Translations under genes and position numbers: made by a program
Notes under the pieces: generated by a model
What the model was told of the DNA's origin: nothing
Databases searched by the model: none
The model's input: the letters and a program-made list of their open reading frames with translations, nothing else
From: Eledone cirrhosa
Lineage: Eukaryota
Reading direction: 5' to 3'
Length of the DNA stretch: 64,000 nucleotides
NCBI GenBank assembly: GCA_964016885.1
Contig: OZ024742.1
Location: 93,310,001-93,374,000 of the forward strand
Part shown: one piece after another, positions 37,375-51,760 of the stretch
Layout of the letters: each line of letters starts with the position of its first letter
How positions within the stretch are numbered: the first letter of the stretch is position 1

Positions 37375-38305
37375 CATTATTATTATTGTTCTTTGAGTCT
37401 CAGTCATTGATGTTAGTTAACTGGAAAGTTCGTTGAAATGAATATCAAGCCACTACCTGCAGCCTCAGATATTCAGGACGTATTGGAGGGTTCTTGCTGT
37501 TCCCAGCAAGCATGCCTTTTGAAGTGTTCCAAAAAGCGGGGCAGGGCCAATTTTCTTTAACCATCCCTGGAAACCTTTTGAGATAGTACCTAGTGCGCCT
37601 ATGACAATCGGGACCACTTTGACTTCATGGCAGTTCCAAATCCTTTTTACCTCCCACTTTAAGTCCTGGTATCAGTTAATTTTCTCCCTCTCCTTCTCTT
37701 GTACTCTCGTGTCGAATGGGCAGGCCACAATCAGGCACGATCATTTTTCCTTGTCCAAAACCACCAGGTCAGGTCTATTGTGTTCCAGTTTCTTGTCCGT
37801 CTGTATCCTAAAATCCCACAGCACCTTCACCTGATCGTTTTCTATCACTGACTCTGGCTTATGCTCATACCACTTCTCAGAATGTGGTAAATTTTTTACT
37901 TTGCATAGGTGCCAGTGGATCACCCTGCCCATCATGTCTCCAGCCTTTATAGTGGGTCTGGGTTAGGTGTTTACACTCGGATACAATGTGAGCCACAGTC
38001 TCCTCTCTCTCTCCACAGATCCTGCACAGTGGGCTAGCTTCCTCCTTGTAAATATGGTGCTTCAGCCACTTTGTTTTGAGAGCCTGCACTTGCGCAGCCA
38101 TTAGCATTCCTTCTGTAGCCTTTTTAAGGTCTTCTCTTTTCAACCAGTTCCATGTCTGTGGATCTCTAAATTCAGTTTTCTCAAAGAAGGTACTATGAAG
38201 GGATTTTTCCTGAAGGCTGCTCTTCTCTCCTCGTTGTTATTTCCTCCTTGGACATCCCCTGGTCTATTGACCTCTCCTTCAGTACAATTCTGAGCATTGG
38301 CTCCT
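37375..38305 (-). mobile_element. 5'-truncated R4/Dong-like LINE (CCHC finger + restriction-like endonuclease)
   Basis: AAQ.QAL.T, CRICGEREETVAHIVSEC, RHD, WYEHKP, LWDF.IQTD...HNRPD and VPIVIGALG. (TAA)n lies at both ends. Confidence 0.85.
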
Positions 38306-38692
38306 TACTATTATTATTATTATTATTATTATTTCATTTTTTTTAACACTAGCATCTCTGATTTTTAAAATGGCAATTTAGTAGAAACATCAGTTAGTTT
38401 GTTGCACATGTTACAGTAACTGTCAGAAATACATTCTCCATGTTTTAACTCATATTATTTATTTCACAATTATATATATCTATATATATATATTGACATT
38501 TTAATGTTTATGTATCCAGTACACTTTCTGTGTATGTATAATCTAGTAAGTCATTTATCCAGCATGCGCACCATATATTACACAGACCTGTATCCTGTCA
38601 CAGATAGACGCACATACATATTATATATATAATACATATTCATATATATATATGTATATATTTATATATGCATACATATATATCTGTATATT

Positions 38693-38761
<69 letters not shown>

Positions 38762-40279
38762 ATACATGTATATAATATAATATATATATACATACACATG
38801 CACCGACACACACACACACACATATATATATACATATATAATAGTAAATAACATAAAATATATATATCATACATACAGTTTTCAGATGACACGCCCTGAC
38901 AGAAATTTTATTAACTTCCTCATTACTTTGAAGGGAAAAAACAAACAAACAAATGACTAAACATATTTTGCTGGTTGTTGCATAGGAGGAATAGTAAAAT
39001 ATGTTTATGTCAAACCCAGCCTTGTCAATGAGTTAAATATAATTTACGTAATAATTTTCTGACAGATTTTTACTGAAATCCCATTATAAATCTTGAAAGA
39101 TTTTGAAAACTTTAAATATTGCCATCTTTAATAGACTTTTGAAAAAAATAAACAAAAAGAAAAAAACTGGAAATAAGAATAAAGAAAAGCGTTCAATATG
39201 TTTTTGTATAGAAATAGACTCTTTTGAAAATAACTCATTTTGCTTTAGTCATATTGAAATGTGTTCAGTTTAAATTATTTAGAATTATGCCTAAATATGT
39301 CCCTTTGACAGTGTTGCAATTTTTATATCATTAATTATTATTATTATTTTGTTGATGTTTTTTTTTTCGATCTTAAACCAATTTGTATTTAAATGGTGAA
39401 ATGTGGAAAAAAAAAAAAAAGAAATTGAACGAAAACAGAAAAACTTTAAAACAATATTGCTGCTATACTCGAGGTGGGGTGAAATTAATGCTTGTAGAAG
39501 CTTGACTCTCTTTTCTTTTTGAAAATAGAGCAAAATATCGACTGAGCATTTTTGAAGTGTTGGGGAATTAAACATCATGCCATAGAAATTTTTTTTTTTT
39601 CAGAAAAATTAATAATGAAGGAAATTTAAATGTAGCAACGAAAGTGATGAGTCAATGTTTCCTCTTGTTTAAAATGAGAAATTATTGCTTTTGTTTTTAG
39701 AATTCATTTTTCTTTTTGAAAATAATGGAGACATTTGACCTAAATTTCACTGTCTAAAGCAAACAAATTTAACATGATTACATTTCGCAGAAATTAGCAT
39801 GGAATGGAGAGACAAACTTTCAAAAGGAAATCATGTCCAGGAGGAATGAAATGTTTCTGATAATGAGAAAAATCAGGACTTTCAGCAAATGTTATTCTAA
39901 AGATTTCGAAGCACAAATTGACTAATTCTTCAAATTGATTTTTAATCCTGGACTATTTCCCTAGAGACATTGCAGAAAGACTCTCCATCCTAGCCACCTC
40001 CACCTCAAAACAATAACAATAACAACAGCAACAAATGAACGAAGAAGAAAGTTATATAATTGTCATATTCTACCTAGAATTTTCAGTGGTTTAGAAGGTT
40101 CTCTTGATACCGGAACCCATTTACCATATTTACTTAGATCCCCTCCCAAATCAATTCCCCATCCTACACATGCCAGTATGTAAAAGCGAACGTTCAAGGA
40201 TGATAATGATGATGATGATGATGATGGTCCGTTTTTATCAGAGAACTAGCATTCATTCTCTTGATAATACATCCCTGAA

Positions 40280-40740
40280 TCACTGTGAGTTTTTAGTTCA
40301 TTGACTTTGGATGTTATGAGAGAAAGATGAGGTCAGACGATGCGTGATCCAGCAAACCCATTCCATAGCCAGTCATCACTTTCTTTTGAGGATCAGTCAC
40401 TGAAGCATGCACTTCATATGAAATTTTTTCATCCAACTGCTAATGAATTTTGGCATAAAATTGTTGCCAGAATAATCACCATTTTACAACATCAAAGTGA
40501 TTCTATCTTTTGATTTTTACTACTTATAACTTATAGCAGTTGCAGTGTGGTTTGATGCTTTTTGGCAGGTTCATCTGTCAACTGAATATTAAGGCCTGAG
40601 TCATTGATTCATAGAACTGCTTCTAAATGGCCATTAACAGAGAAAACTATGCTGTATTTGTCATTCTGAAAAAAAAATGAACCCTGGGCCAAATGAGATG
40701 TAAAAATCTGTTAAGGAATTTGATTTCCCACGGAATCTAT
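40280..40740 (-). pseudogene. Possible degenerate mariner transposase remnant
   Basis: Remnants resembling ..DEK and PQKKVM in the expected order, heavily mutated. Confidence 0.3.
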
Positions 40741-42164
40741 TAACATTAGAGACAAATAAAAACGTCCTTCTCTATTGATAGAGGGTTCTTATCGTAGACT
40801 TGAGAGAATGTTTATTTCTTTGTATGATTTACCTACCCCATCCTCTCCTTATTGCATGAAATGACTAATTCTTGTCTTGAAAATAGAAATAACAGGAAGG
40901 AGAAAGAAATGAAAAGCATAACAACTGTGCTACAAGACAAGAAATTCCCAGAGAACAGTTCTCCTGGGAAATCTATTTCATATTTATATATTTGTATATT
41001 TTTTTATTCATGTTTATTTTTTTTTCGTCATAATCAAATTTTGAAATGATTTTTATTTGTGGAATATTCTTAACAATCTTGAAATATTTTCAAATGGAAA
41101 TGAAATAATTTGGATGTATTTATATTTAGGTACTTTTTTATTTTAATCAATTAAAATTTCAATGTATTTTTATTTTATAGTTAATGCTTGTAAATCATTT
41201 TTTAAATGTATAAAACAAATTTTAATTTATTTTTAAAAGCAAAATACTTAAAACAAAACACAATAAATTCTAGAAATGTGTTTTATTTCAATCCATTGTG
41301 AAATAGTTTCCCATGAGTCAAAAGTAAAGAATTTTTATGTTTACAGGCATTTTCTGAGAAAGTCTATATTTTTCTTTTAATTTAGGATGTAAATTCTATT
41401 GTTAAACATTCAGATAAAAATGAATCTGATAATTAACATAGATGTATGCATGGACCTGCAACTCTTGATGAAGTCATAGCTCTGCTGTTATGACATAGGG
41501 GCTTTAAACATGGCAGAGCCCATCTCCTGTCCAGGTCAGAACATAACCGATTTCTTCTAGAGAGAGAGAGAGATGAGAGAGGTAAAGGGAGAGAGATGAG
41601 GGAGATAGATAGATGGAGAGAGAGAGGGGGGGGAGAATAGACACCAGTACTGGATTAGTAATGAGAGTTTGGAATGAAAATTTCACCATAATGTTTTCTA
41701 ATTTTGAGAGTTCACCACTGAAAAGCGGGGAAGGGGTGGGTACAGTGTCATCCAGTGCCCCTGTCACCCTGGGGATGAACTCAACACCATCTAATGCTAA
41801 GGAAGGATGAAAGTGCCTGAGTGAGAGGAGTGATGGAAATTATTGCGGAATAATGTAGAAGAGGAAGTCCAAGAAAGGCATGGCTAGTGATGATGGAGCA
41901 GGAATTGAAAGCAAGAGATGTAGAGGATAGAGCAAAATGGAAAAGCTTGTCAATAGGCCTACGGTGCTAATCATTGCTTTAGCAGGGGAAATGGCCTTAA
42001 GATATATGTTGTATGGTTAAACCATTACAGCCATGTGATCCTACATTGTGACATCTTGGGCAAGAATCTTCCTTTATAGCCTCAATCTATCCATCCAGTC
42101 ACTATCTATCTATAAAAGTATATACTTACCTAGATATCCAACCATCCATCTCTCTCTCTCTATT

Positions 42165-42214
<50 letters not shown>

Positions 42215-42977
42215 CATGTATATCTATGGTCACTCTTGAGTGCTACTGGTAACATGTAAACCAGTACAACCTGTCAAATGGTCAGTTTGGTGGCAACCCT
42301 AATAAGTTCACTAGGTGAGGAGGGTTATTTTGGATACCCTGCAGGATGAAAAACAAAACCTGGCAAAGAGTGGAGGAACTCATGTAAATCAATGGCCATA
42401 CAATAGTGTGTACATATGCATATATCGTGTGGATGTGTAAATATGTATATGTTAATTTAAGAGTGTGCAGAGTTGTAGTAGCTCTCACTAGTTAGCACTG
42501 GATGATATTGGGGGGGGGGGGGGGGGCGTCTCTTTGTGTCCCAGTGTCTGTTCAACATGCCACTCAGTGAACTGATGACATGCAATATATACTCATTCAA
42601 GCTGAGCACATTGCCTCTCTCATTTCAAAGACCAACCCACATTGAGAAAAGCTATATCCTATATAAGGTGCCTCTGATATGATTATCATAGGATTGTCTA
42701 GCAGAAGAAGTCAGACCTAAAGGACTAAGCCTCGATAAAAATCCTGATTGCCTTATAATAATCAGTAGCTTATGTAAAAATCATCAGTTTAATTAGATGA
42801 ACTTAGTGTCATGAACATCAGTGACTTTTTAGATGATTGACTACTGTTTTGACAATGGGCTTGCACAGCTGCCCCAGTTAGCAGAGAAATCTAAGAGTGT
42901 GTAGATGTGCGAGATACATATATCCTAGTCATTAGTAAAGGCAAAACTAATGCTTTAGCTTCAATGGAGGGATGAGT

Positions 42978-43024
<47 letters not shown>

Positions 43025-43029
43025 TGATT

Positions 43030-43144
43030 GCCAAATAAATTAACTATGGAGATATATACAGAAGCGAAAACCAACCAAACAGTGAGTGTGTTCTGTTATT
43101 ATTTCTAGCAATATTATTACAACAATATGACCCTCCCAAAGTAT

Positions 43145-43150
<6 letters not shown>
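43030..43150. repeat. Solo terminal fragment of the 33.3-36.4 kb PLE family
   Basis: cagaagcgaaaaccaaccaaacagtgagtgtgttctgttatta matches 36279-36322 and lies between two (TA)n tracts. Confidence 0.82.
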
Positions 43151-43206
<56 letters not shown>

Positions 43207-43214
43207 TATATATA

Positions 43215-44996
43215 AAAGATTGGTGCAGTAGCATCATTGTCAACTGCTATAAAGGTAAAGGTGATGCACTAGATAGAGGAAACTATAGAGGTTTAAAGCT
43301 GATGGACCAGGTCATGAAAGTAACAGAAAGAGTCATAGCACAGTTGATTAGGGACCGGGTGAAACTAGATGAGATACAATTTGTGTTTGTACCAGGAAAA
43401 GGCACCACTGATGCCCTCTTCCTTGTGGGGCAGTTACAGGAAAAGTACCTAGCTAAAAGTAAGTCACTCTACCTGGCATTCGTCAATCTTGAGAAAGCCT
43501 TTGACAGAGTTCCACGTGCTATAATCTGGTGGGCTCTTAGAAAACTAGGAGTAGATGAATGGCTTGTGAAAGCTGTACAAGCTATGTATAGGGGAGCAGT
43601 CAGCAAAGTTAGGATTAACAATGAGTATAGCGAGGAATTTAGCGTACAGGTTGGTGTTCTTAGCCCTCTTCTGTTCATCATAGTCCTGCAGGCAATAATG
43701 GAGGAGTTTAAGACTGGATGTCCATGGGAACTCCTGTATGCAGATGACCTCGCACTTATAGCTGAATCTATGGTAGAACTAGAGAAGAAATTCCAAACTT
43801 GGAAGCAGGGACTAGAAAGAAAGGGTCTCAAAGTCAACCTGACAAAGACTAAGGTAAGTAGACTAGAAAACAGAACCCAGATCCCCTCAGGGAAATGGCC
43901 TTGCTCAGTATGTAGAAAAGGTGTAGGTAGGAACTCCATTCTCTGCCCCAAATGCAAACAATGGGTACACAAGAGATGTAGCGGGATCTCAGGAAGCTTA
44001 ATTAAGAATGTAGGCTTCACATGTAGCAGCTGTGCTGGGACAGCAAGCAGCAAACAGCTACAGGAAACAAGTACCACCAATCTCTGGGAGGGCTTTGTAG
44101 AAACAGTAGACAGCATCTGCTACCTAGGTGACCGAATTAGCAGTGGAGGTGGGTGTTCAGAAAGTACAATAACTAGGGTAAGAACGGGATGGAAGAAGTT
44201 CAGGGAACTACTGCCACTGCTAGCTGCAAAAGGCTTCTCTCTCAAAATGAAAGGCAAACTGTATGATGCGTGTATACGAACAGCAATGTTACATGGTAGT
44301 GAGACCTGGGCGCTGAAGGTGGAAGACTTATGTAGATTAGAAAGAAACGAAGCCTGCATACTCCGATGGATGTGTAATGGTAATATACGCGAACAGCAAA
44401 GCATAAATGAATTGAGAGAGAGACTGAGCATAAGAGGAATCAAATGCTGTGTGCAGGAGAGGTGGTTGCATTGGTATGGACATGTGATGCGTATGAAGGA
44501 TGACAGCTGCATAAAAAGGTGCAGAGCACTAGAAGTCAATGGAAACCGCGGAGTGGGGAGACCCAAGAAGACCTGAGATGAGGTGATAAAAGCCGACCTT
44601 ACCCAATTACACCTCTGAAAGGTGATGACACATGACCGTGACCTCTGGCGTCACGCAGTAATACAGAGTATCCGACCTCCCATGGGTACAAGCTGAGGCA
44701 TATATACAATATGCCTCCACACCCTCCCACTGCAAAGTGGTCGTGGAGGTGCCACGGCAAAAAAGCACCTAGCCCGCACTGTAAAGTGGACGTGTAGGTG
44801 TCACGGAAAAAAGCACCCAGCACTCACTATAAATGAGGTTGGTGTTAGGAAGGGCATCCAGCTGTAGAAATGAAGCCAAAATCAGTTCCTGTATGAGCAA
44901 GGCATGGTCAGTCGACCAGACACTGCCCACAACAGGACAACCCATCTAACCCATGCTAGCATGGAAGAACGGGCGTAAAACAGTGATGATGATGAT
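43215..44996 (+). mobile_element. 5'-truncated RTE-clade LINE; 424-aa open stretch 43302-44576 (RT + PHD-like finger + C-terminus)
   Basis: NLEKAFDRVP, LLYADDL, YLGD and GSETW. The QG motif is deleted (VQVGV|LSPLLF). 3' UTR and (GAT)n tail are present. Confidence 0.92.
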
Positions 44997-45010
44997 ATAT
45001 ATATATAGAT

Positions 45011-45055
<45 letters not shown>

Positions 45056-45950
45056 ACATATATATGTATATATATATAGAGAGAGAGAGAGAAGGACAGA
45101 GAATGAGAGAGAGATGGGTACACATATAGAGAAAAAAAGGGAGATAGAGAAAGAAGTGTGTAGCAAAATATACATATGTATATAAATATTGTATCAACAG
45201 AAAATGTTCACAGAAAAAGAGTTACATAAGACAAACAGACATCTGTATCTGTACCTCATCAGCCACCTTGCTGGCATGCATTCTTAAGCATTAAAGTGGT
45301 ATTACATTTGTAATGATAGTATGTGCAACTGTTATGAAAAATGGAATTACAAGTGCAATACCACCTTAATATACAGAAATGCTTGCTTGTAAGATGGCTG
45401 ATGGTGTGGAAGTGAAGTTGTCTGTCTTACTCATATGTAACTAATTTTCTATCAATCCATCCATACATCCATTCTTCTATACATCAATGCATATATGTAC
45501 CCCTCTCTATCATTCTCGTGATATGCTTACATACATATGCACACATGTACATAAACACACACACACGCTAATATAACTATATATATATATATATGTATCC
45601 AGCTATCCCCCCCCCCCCCCAAATATATATATATGTGTATCCATCTATCCATCTATCTTTCCATTTTTTTTTTACCAGATGAGATTGAAAAAGTAGGAAA
45701 ATTCCTGCTTGGACTGTCAATGTCCTCTTCCATGTCAGACACATGTCACAACCATACAATGCAAAGAAATATTTCTATATTTTTAAAAACTTTCATTACA
45801 AGATGGGCTTTATTTCATATTATGCAGTTCTTATTGAAAGCTTATTTCTTTATTTTAAAAAATCATATATATACATATATAATAGAGAGAGGGAGAGTTA
45901 GAGAGAGAGAGAGTGAGAGGGAGAGAGTGAGAGAGAGAGAGAGAGGGGGA

Positions 45951-45998
<48 letters not shown>

Positions 45999-46159
45999 AG
46001 AAAAAAGAAGGAAGTACAACCAAATAAAGAAGATAGTGATAGGTTTGTTCTTTCTTATTGCTTACCAAGCAATAAACTAAAAACAGGTGACCAAACTTCT
46101 TCCAGCTTTATTTGAAAATGATAAAATCACACATACATACATACACAAAAAAAATATAT

Positions 46160-46258
<99 letters not shown>

Positions 46259-46778
46259 AATATACACATATATATATATATATATAGATATATATATATA
46301 TACATGTATGTATATATATTTATACAATTTTTATTTTCCATTTAAAGTGATTTGCTGTTCATAAAGATATTTTCAGTAAAAAAATAGAAGTTTGCAGGCA
46401 TTTTGAATGTGACGCCACACTCTAGGTATGCTCAATAGTTTTGATTTCCTCCTCCCCCCTTCTTCTTCTTCTTCTTCTTCTTCTTCTTCTTCTTCTCACT
46501 GTAAGGTAAGTGGGATAAAGAACATTACAGACTTCTTTATAAGGCATTCAATATGGTGGCTTGCTTAGCAAATAAGTCTTTTAGAATTCTCTTATTGTTC
46601 TTGACAGGATCTATAAAACGTTGCTTTAGCAAGCTGTTAAGTTTCAGAAACTCAAAATAGTTTAAAAGAACTTAAGAAAGACTGAAGAGACATTAGGGTG
46701 GCAGTAGGAAAAAGAATAGGAAGAGGAAAACATTTGAAAGAGGAGAGAAAAATTTAAGATACTTTGTTTGTTTCCTAT

Positions 46779-46849
<71 letters not shown>

Positions 46850-47127
46850 ATATATATATAATAGGAAACAAAGTATCTACAATTTTTCTTTTCTCTCTCT
46901 CTTTCTCTCTCTATATATATATAATTCTTAGAATCCCAAATGTAGAAAATAACTGTAGCCACAGGTGATTGCTGTAAATAATAGCTTAGAAAATCGGGTA
47001 GACCAATACTATGAATTAGAAAATATCAGGCAGCAGCTGCTACAGAGTATCAAACTCCACACATCTCATATTCTAGCTGACTACTATAGCCATTAAGCTA
47101 AATGGCTTTTGTTTATACCTGTATAAC

Positions 47128-47761
47128 TAAGGAAAAAATTAGAAATAAGAGAGAAGGCTACGTTGGTATGGTCACGTGATGCGCATGAAGGACGATAGCT
47201 GTATAACAAAGTGCAGGGCAATAAAGATAGATGGTAGCCACGGAATAGGCAGACCCAGAAAAACCTGGGACGAGCTGATAAATTCCGACCTCACACACTT
47301 ACACCTCACCAAGACAATGTCACTGGACCGAGACCTTTGGCGGTACTCAGTAATAGAGAAGACCCGCCTTACCTAAATACAAAGTAAAACCTACTACAGT
47401 CAGTAGGCATCTCTAACAAAATTACACCCCCCGTCCCCCCACCCCCACCCCTTCCACACCGCCCCTTTCAATGTAAAGTTATGTTGGTGCCACAACATCC
47501 AGGCCGAAACAAATGAGATCGTGTAGGTGTCACGTCATAAAACACACAGTTCACGCTGTAATGTGGCCGTGTAGGCAACACGGTAAAAACCTCCCAGCCC
47601 CACACTGTAAATGTGGTTGGTGTTAGGAAGGGCATCCAGCTGTAGAAAACCCGCCAGATAGTCCTATGCGAGCAAGATAACCACTCTTGCCTCAAGTGGG
47701 AAAACCCTCCGTCCAAACCCATGCAAGCGTGGAACACGGACGTTAAACGATGATGATGATG
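47128..47761 (+). mobile_element. RTE-clade LINE 3' end
   Basis: Near-identical to 27507-28147. Confidence 0.88.
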
Positions 47762-48439
47762 TATAGTTCCTAAATCCATTATCAACGTTTGTAGATCTGA
47801 ACAGGTTCATATTCAGGATGAAGTTATTTTAGTATGTGTTGTTGTCACATTATGGACAATACCAATGTAAGTATTTGTTACCATTGGAGTTTGAATTTTA
47901 GTTGTTAAAAATATTTGTCAGTTTCCATGGGTACATTTTTGTTTCTGCATGCAATCTGTATCTATTTTAGCATTTTACCATATTATAAGTATTGCTTCCC
48001 TTATTAATCATATATTTTTGAGGGGAATTTTGTAGAATATAGTTATGTTGTCCACAAATGTTTTCCTATGTTGCTTTGTTTTGTGTATTGTTGTGTAGGA
48101 CATTGCTATTGTTGCTTGTTGATTATGGTGAACTGGTTGGAGAGCATCATGCTTATGTTACCAATATAACAGCTGGAATTATGAAACTTACAACTTTCAT
48201 GTAATTGAATTTATAAATCATATTGATCATTTATAGTTTATTCTCAAATTTATAAATCATATTGGTAATTTAAAGTTTTCTTATTGTTTCTTATTGATGA
48301 TAAGGTTTCTAGTTTAATGATTTTGTAGTGTATGCAGTTTTACGGAAGATTCAGCCTATATTAATCTCAGGGTGAGGCTTATACCTAGTAGGCAACACCT
48401 TCCTCAACCTTCTATCTCCTCTCATTTACCTCCCTTAGT

Positions 48440-48820
48440 GGTAACCATACCTCTCCTACTACCCTGCCCACATCTTTTCCCCAAGCTCCTCCACCCTCCC
48501 TAATCCCAAGACAAAAGTGCCCAGGCCCCACTGTAAAGTGGTTGTGTCGGTGACATGACAAAGGTGCCTAGTCCACAGTGTAAAGAACATCCAGCTCACA
48601 TTGTAAAGTGATTGGGTAGGCATCATGACAAAAAGCACCCAGCCCACACTGTCAATGTGGTTGGCGTTAGGAAGCGCATCCAGCCGTAGAAAACCAGCCA
48701 GAAACTCTCCTATATGAGCGAGACACAGTTACCTGACCCAACTTGCCTCTAAATGGGACAAACCCGTCTAACCCATGCTAGCGTGGAAGATAGACGTTAA
48801 TCGATGATGATAATGATGAT
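48440..48820 (+). mobile_element. RTE 3' UTR / SINE tail fragment
   Basis: ggttggcgttaggaag.gcatccagccgtagaaa...acccatgctagcgtggaa...(GAT)n. Confidence 0.75.
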
Positions 48821-49306
48821 TAATGTTAGTTTTTTGTTTGGTGAAACGCATTTTGTTGTTTGACATTTTTGATGTGTTCATTTATTTTATAGTTAATACA
48901 CATTTTACTCATAGCATACACTTTATGTGTAGTTTGTAAATGATTTTTATGTGTGATACATGATGTATTTATTGCATTACCTTTGTGTTTGTATTACTCT
49001 ATGGCTTGGTCTATTAGTGCTTTGGAATACCTATTGTTGACTAGCATTTGTGTTATTCTGTGGATTTCATTATATAGTGATTCATTTGTTGTGGAGAATC
49101 AAAAGGCTTTTCTAACTAGGAAATGTAGCATGATATTTTGTAGTTATGTGGACAGATATGTGTATCTGCTCATTGTAAGTATATGTATCTATTTGTGTAA
49201 TTGGTATAAATGGACATAATGTATCTATTATTTTATATTTGAATGTTTATGTCTAGAAAGGGAGTCATTGCATTACTAATAGTTTTATTTGGATTGCTCT
49301 GGATGT

Positions 49307-49549
49307 TAACCCTTTTGTTGACATATTTCCAATGAAATACATTGCCAATGCACATCAACTATTTTGAAAATAATCAAAAGATTTGAGGAATTTCTAAAAT
49401 AACTAAATTTTCATTAAGTTTATGTTTGGAACCTTAACTAACAAAAATTTCTTACACAAAATTAGGATATAAGAAAAACATTTAAAAATGGACTGTTTTA
49501 TAATCATAGAACAAAGAGTTTCATGTGAGTTGGTATCAAAAGGGCTAAA
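49307..49549. mobile_element. TTAA-type MITE (related decayed copies at ~17801-18040 and ~56539-56700)
   Basis: TTAACCCTTTTG at the left end and CAAAAGGGCTAA at the right end. Confidence 0.6.
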
Positions 49550-51572
49550 TTTTAGTATGAAGTGTTTTTTTTTAACTTGCTTTAATATTTCAAAATCTTT
49601 CCCATATGCTCATTACAAGCATCGGCTGAAAAGTGCATAGGCTGACTATGAAGAATTGATGCTAGAGTTGTGATATCTTGCATGCATTAATTTCAACTCA
49701 TCTTATTAATAACTGCATTGTTTCTTTCCAGGGACTGTGTTGAAAAATAAAGCTCCTTTGGTTATTCCATGAGAATTTCTTCACCAGCCTCATACATCCT
49801 TTGTGTATATGCTACGTATATGTCTTGTTACCATTTTTTTTTCTATTGTGGTCATATAGAATGTTATTAATACAGGTTCTAAGGGAATACCTATAGCTAC
49901 TCTAAATTTTGTCCTTATAAATTGCCTTGTGTACAAGAATAGGAAACTTCTATTGTACAGAACACAAATGATTTCTTGTGTATATTAAACTTGTATTGTT
50001 GGTGGTTTTATTATTGGATATTTACAAATCCTGCCGAGGTTGACTTTGCCTTTCATCCTTATGGGGGTTGATAAAATAAAGTACCAGTAATGCACTGGGT
50101 AATTGCTGGCCTTGTGCCTAAAGTAGAAACAATTATTTAACATGGTCACTGTTGGTTCTGTTACTGGAACATTGGTTACATCTAAGATGGTGATGATGCT
50201 TACTTTCTTCATTGATTTCTTCTCAGATCTCTAGAAACACTTCTGTTGAGTACCTATTGTATACACATCCTCTTCTTAATCACCATCCCCATCAGCATCA
50301 CCATCATCATCATCGTTATCACCACCATAATCAACATCATCATCATCATCATCACAACCACCAACAACAACATCATCGTTTAATAACCTTTTTATATGCT
50401 TGCATGGGTTAGACAGGCTGTCATATTATGAGACAGGACAGATCAGATGATAACGTCTTGCTCATACAATTTGTTCTTGACTTGGTTATTTCCAGCTGTA
50501 TGCCCTTCATGATGCCAACTACTTTAAAGCCTGGACTGGAAGAATTTTTCGTGGTACTATTTCTGTGTTTGATAATGTTGTCAGATTGTTTAGTAATCCT
50601 TTATATTAGTGTATGTATTTGAAATATTGAATTTGAGCTGGTTATACTATTTGCATTATTTTTGGCAGTATTGGTAGAGACTCCATGCTTCACAGCATAG
50701 AGATACTTCCCTTTAAGTTCTGAGTTCAGGGCCCACCAAGTTTAGCTTTGCTTTTCATCCTATAGGGTCAATAAAATAAAGCACCAGTAATGCACTGGGG
50801 TTGCTTTAATTGACTTTCCCCCCTCACATAATTGTTGGCCTTTTGCCTGAATCAGAAACCATCGTATGGTAAGAAATAATCACTTCAGGTCTATTATATT
50901 TTACAGTTTCATAGATATATGCAGGGGAAATAAGAGGCTATACTTTGAGTTAGTAATCTATTTAGTTTAATTTTTAATTGCTGTTCTGGTTAATCATGGG
51001 TCTGGCATTCAGAAAATAAATCCTGCAAACCTCATACTTTATTCTGCTACAGTTGACTGCAAGCTATGCAGCTTGGCCTCTTCAAAACTTGAAGATTGAA
51101 CTGCAAATATGTGGGTACCACCAGAGGGAAGAATGACAATGGAGGAGACAAATCAATCCATGGAATGATACTTTCAAAGAAGACTTAAAACAGCCTAACA
51201 TCCTATGGGAAGATGCAAATAACCAAGCACAGAACTGGAATGATTGATGATTTATTGCATGCAACTCTTCTTTTTAATAACTGCATTATTTCTTTCCAGG
51301 GATTTTTCAACTCTTCTCATTAACAATTGCATTGTTTCTTTCCAGGGAATATGTTGAAAAATGAATCTAATTTGGTCATTGCATGAGAGTATCTTTTCAG
51401 TCTATGAATTTTTCAGCTGACCCTCATAAGTAAAGATTTTAATAGTATAGCATTATCTTTCTGAATCTTTATATATTTGTTTCTGGCACTAAGTAAATTG
51501 TCAAATTTAGCAATATATTTGTCTTTGTCCATACTTACCACTCTTATTTTGCTGTTATTATTAATTAAATCA

Positions 51573-51760
51573 AGGGCGGTGGATTGGTAGTATTGGTAGA
51601 GAGCTGGACACCATGCTTTGCAGCATAGAGTTACAGTCCTTTATGGTCTGAGTTCAAATCCCGCCGAGGTTAACTTTGTCTTTCATTCTTACAGGGTCGA
51701 TAAAATAAAGTACCAGTAATGTACTGGGTAATTGCTGGCCTTGTGCCAAAAGTAGAAACA
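51573..51760 (+). mobile_element. SINE family A (further copies at 50025-50135 and 50664-50862; decayed at 8390-8550 and 55120-55380)
   Basis: Complete head and core, with a 16-bp TSD ATTATTAATTAAATCA (51557-72 / 51761-76). Confidence 0.88.

Larger units (their letters stand above)
47775..50260 (-). mobile_element. Old fragmented Penelope-like element, interrupted by younger RTE tail, MITE and SINE insertions
   Basis: Remnants in the correct order: LDVTNVPV (motif A), VAIGIPL (motif B), NMIYKF...CYIG, and a decayed minimal hammerhead (CTGAATA...CAAACGTT) at ~47780-47820. Confidence 0.5.

Noticed and set aside
38950-41400. Repeat-poor AT-rich stretch as a possible gene or promoter
   Set aside because: I see no credible ORF or exon structure, only a doubtful mariner remnant.
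43469-44566. Long antisense ORFs over RTE and Tx1 coding regions
   Set aside because: They are shadow frames of transposon ORFs with no independent motifs.
46398-46510. Possible small exons (tttgcag...ctag|gtatg; gtaag|gtaagt)
   Set aside because: Splice context is weak or unpaired and cannot be supported from sequence alone.
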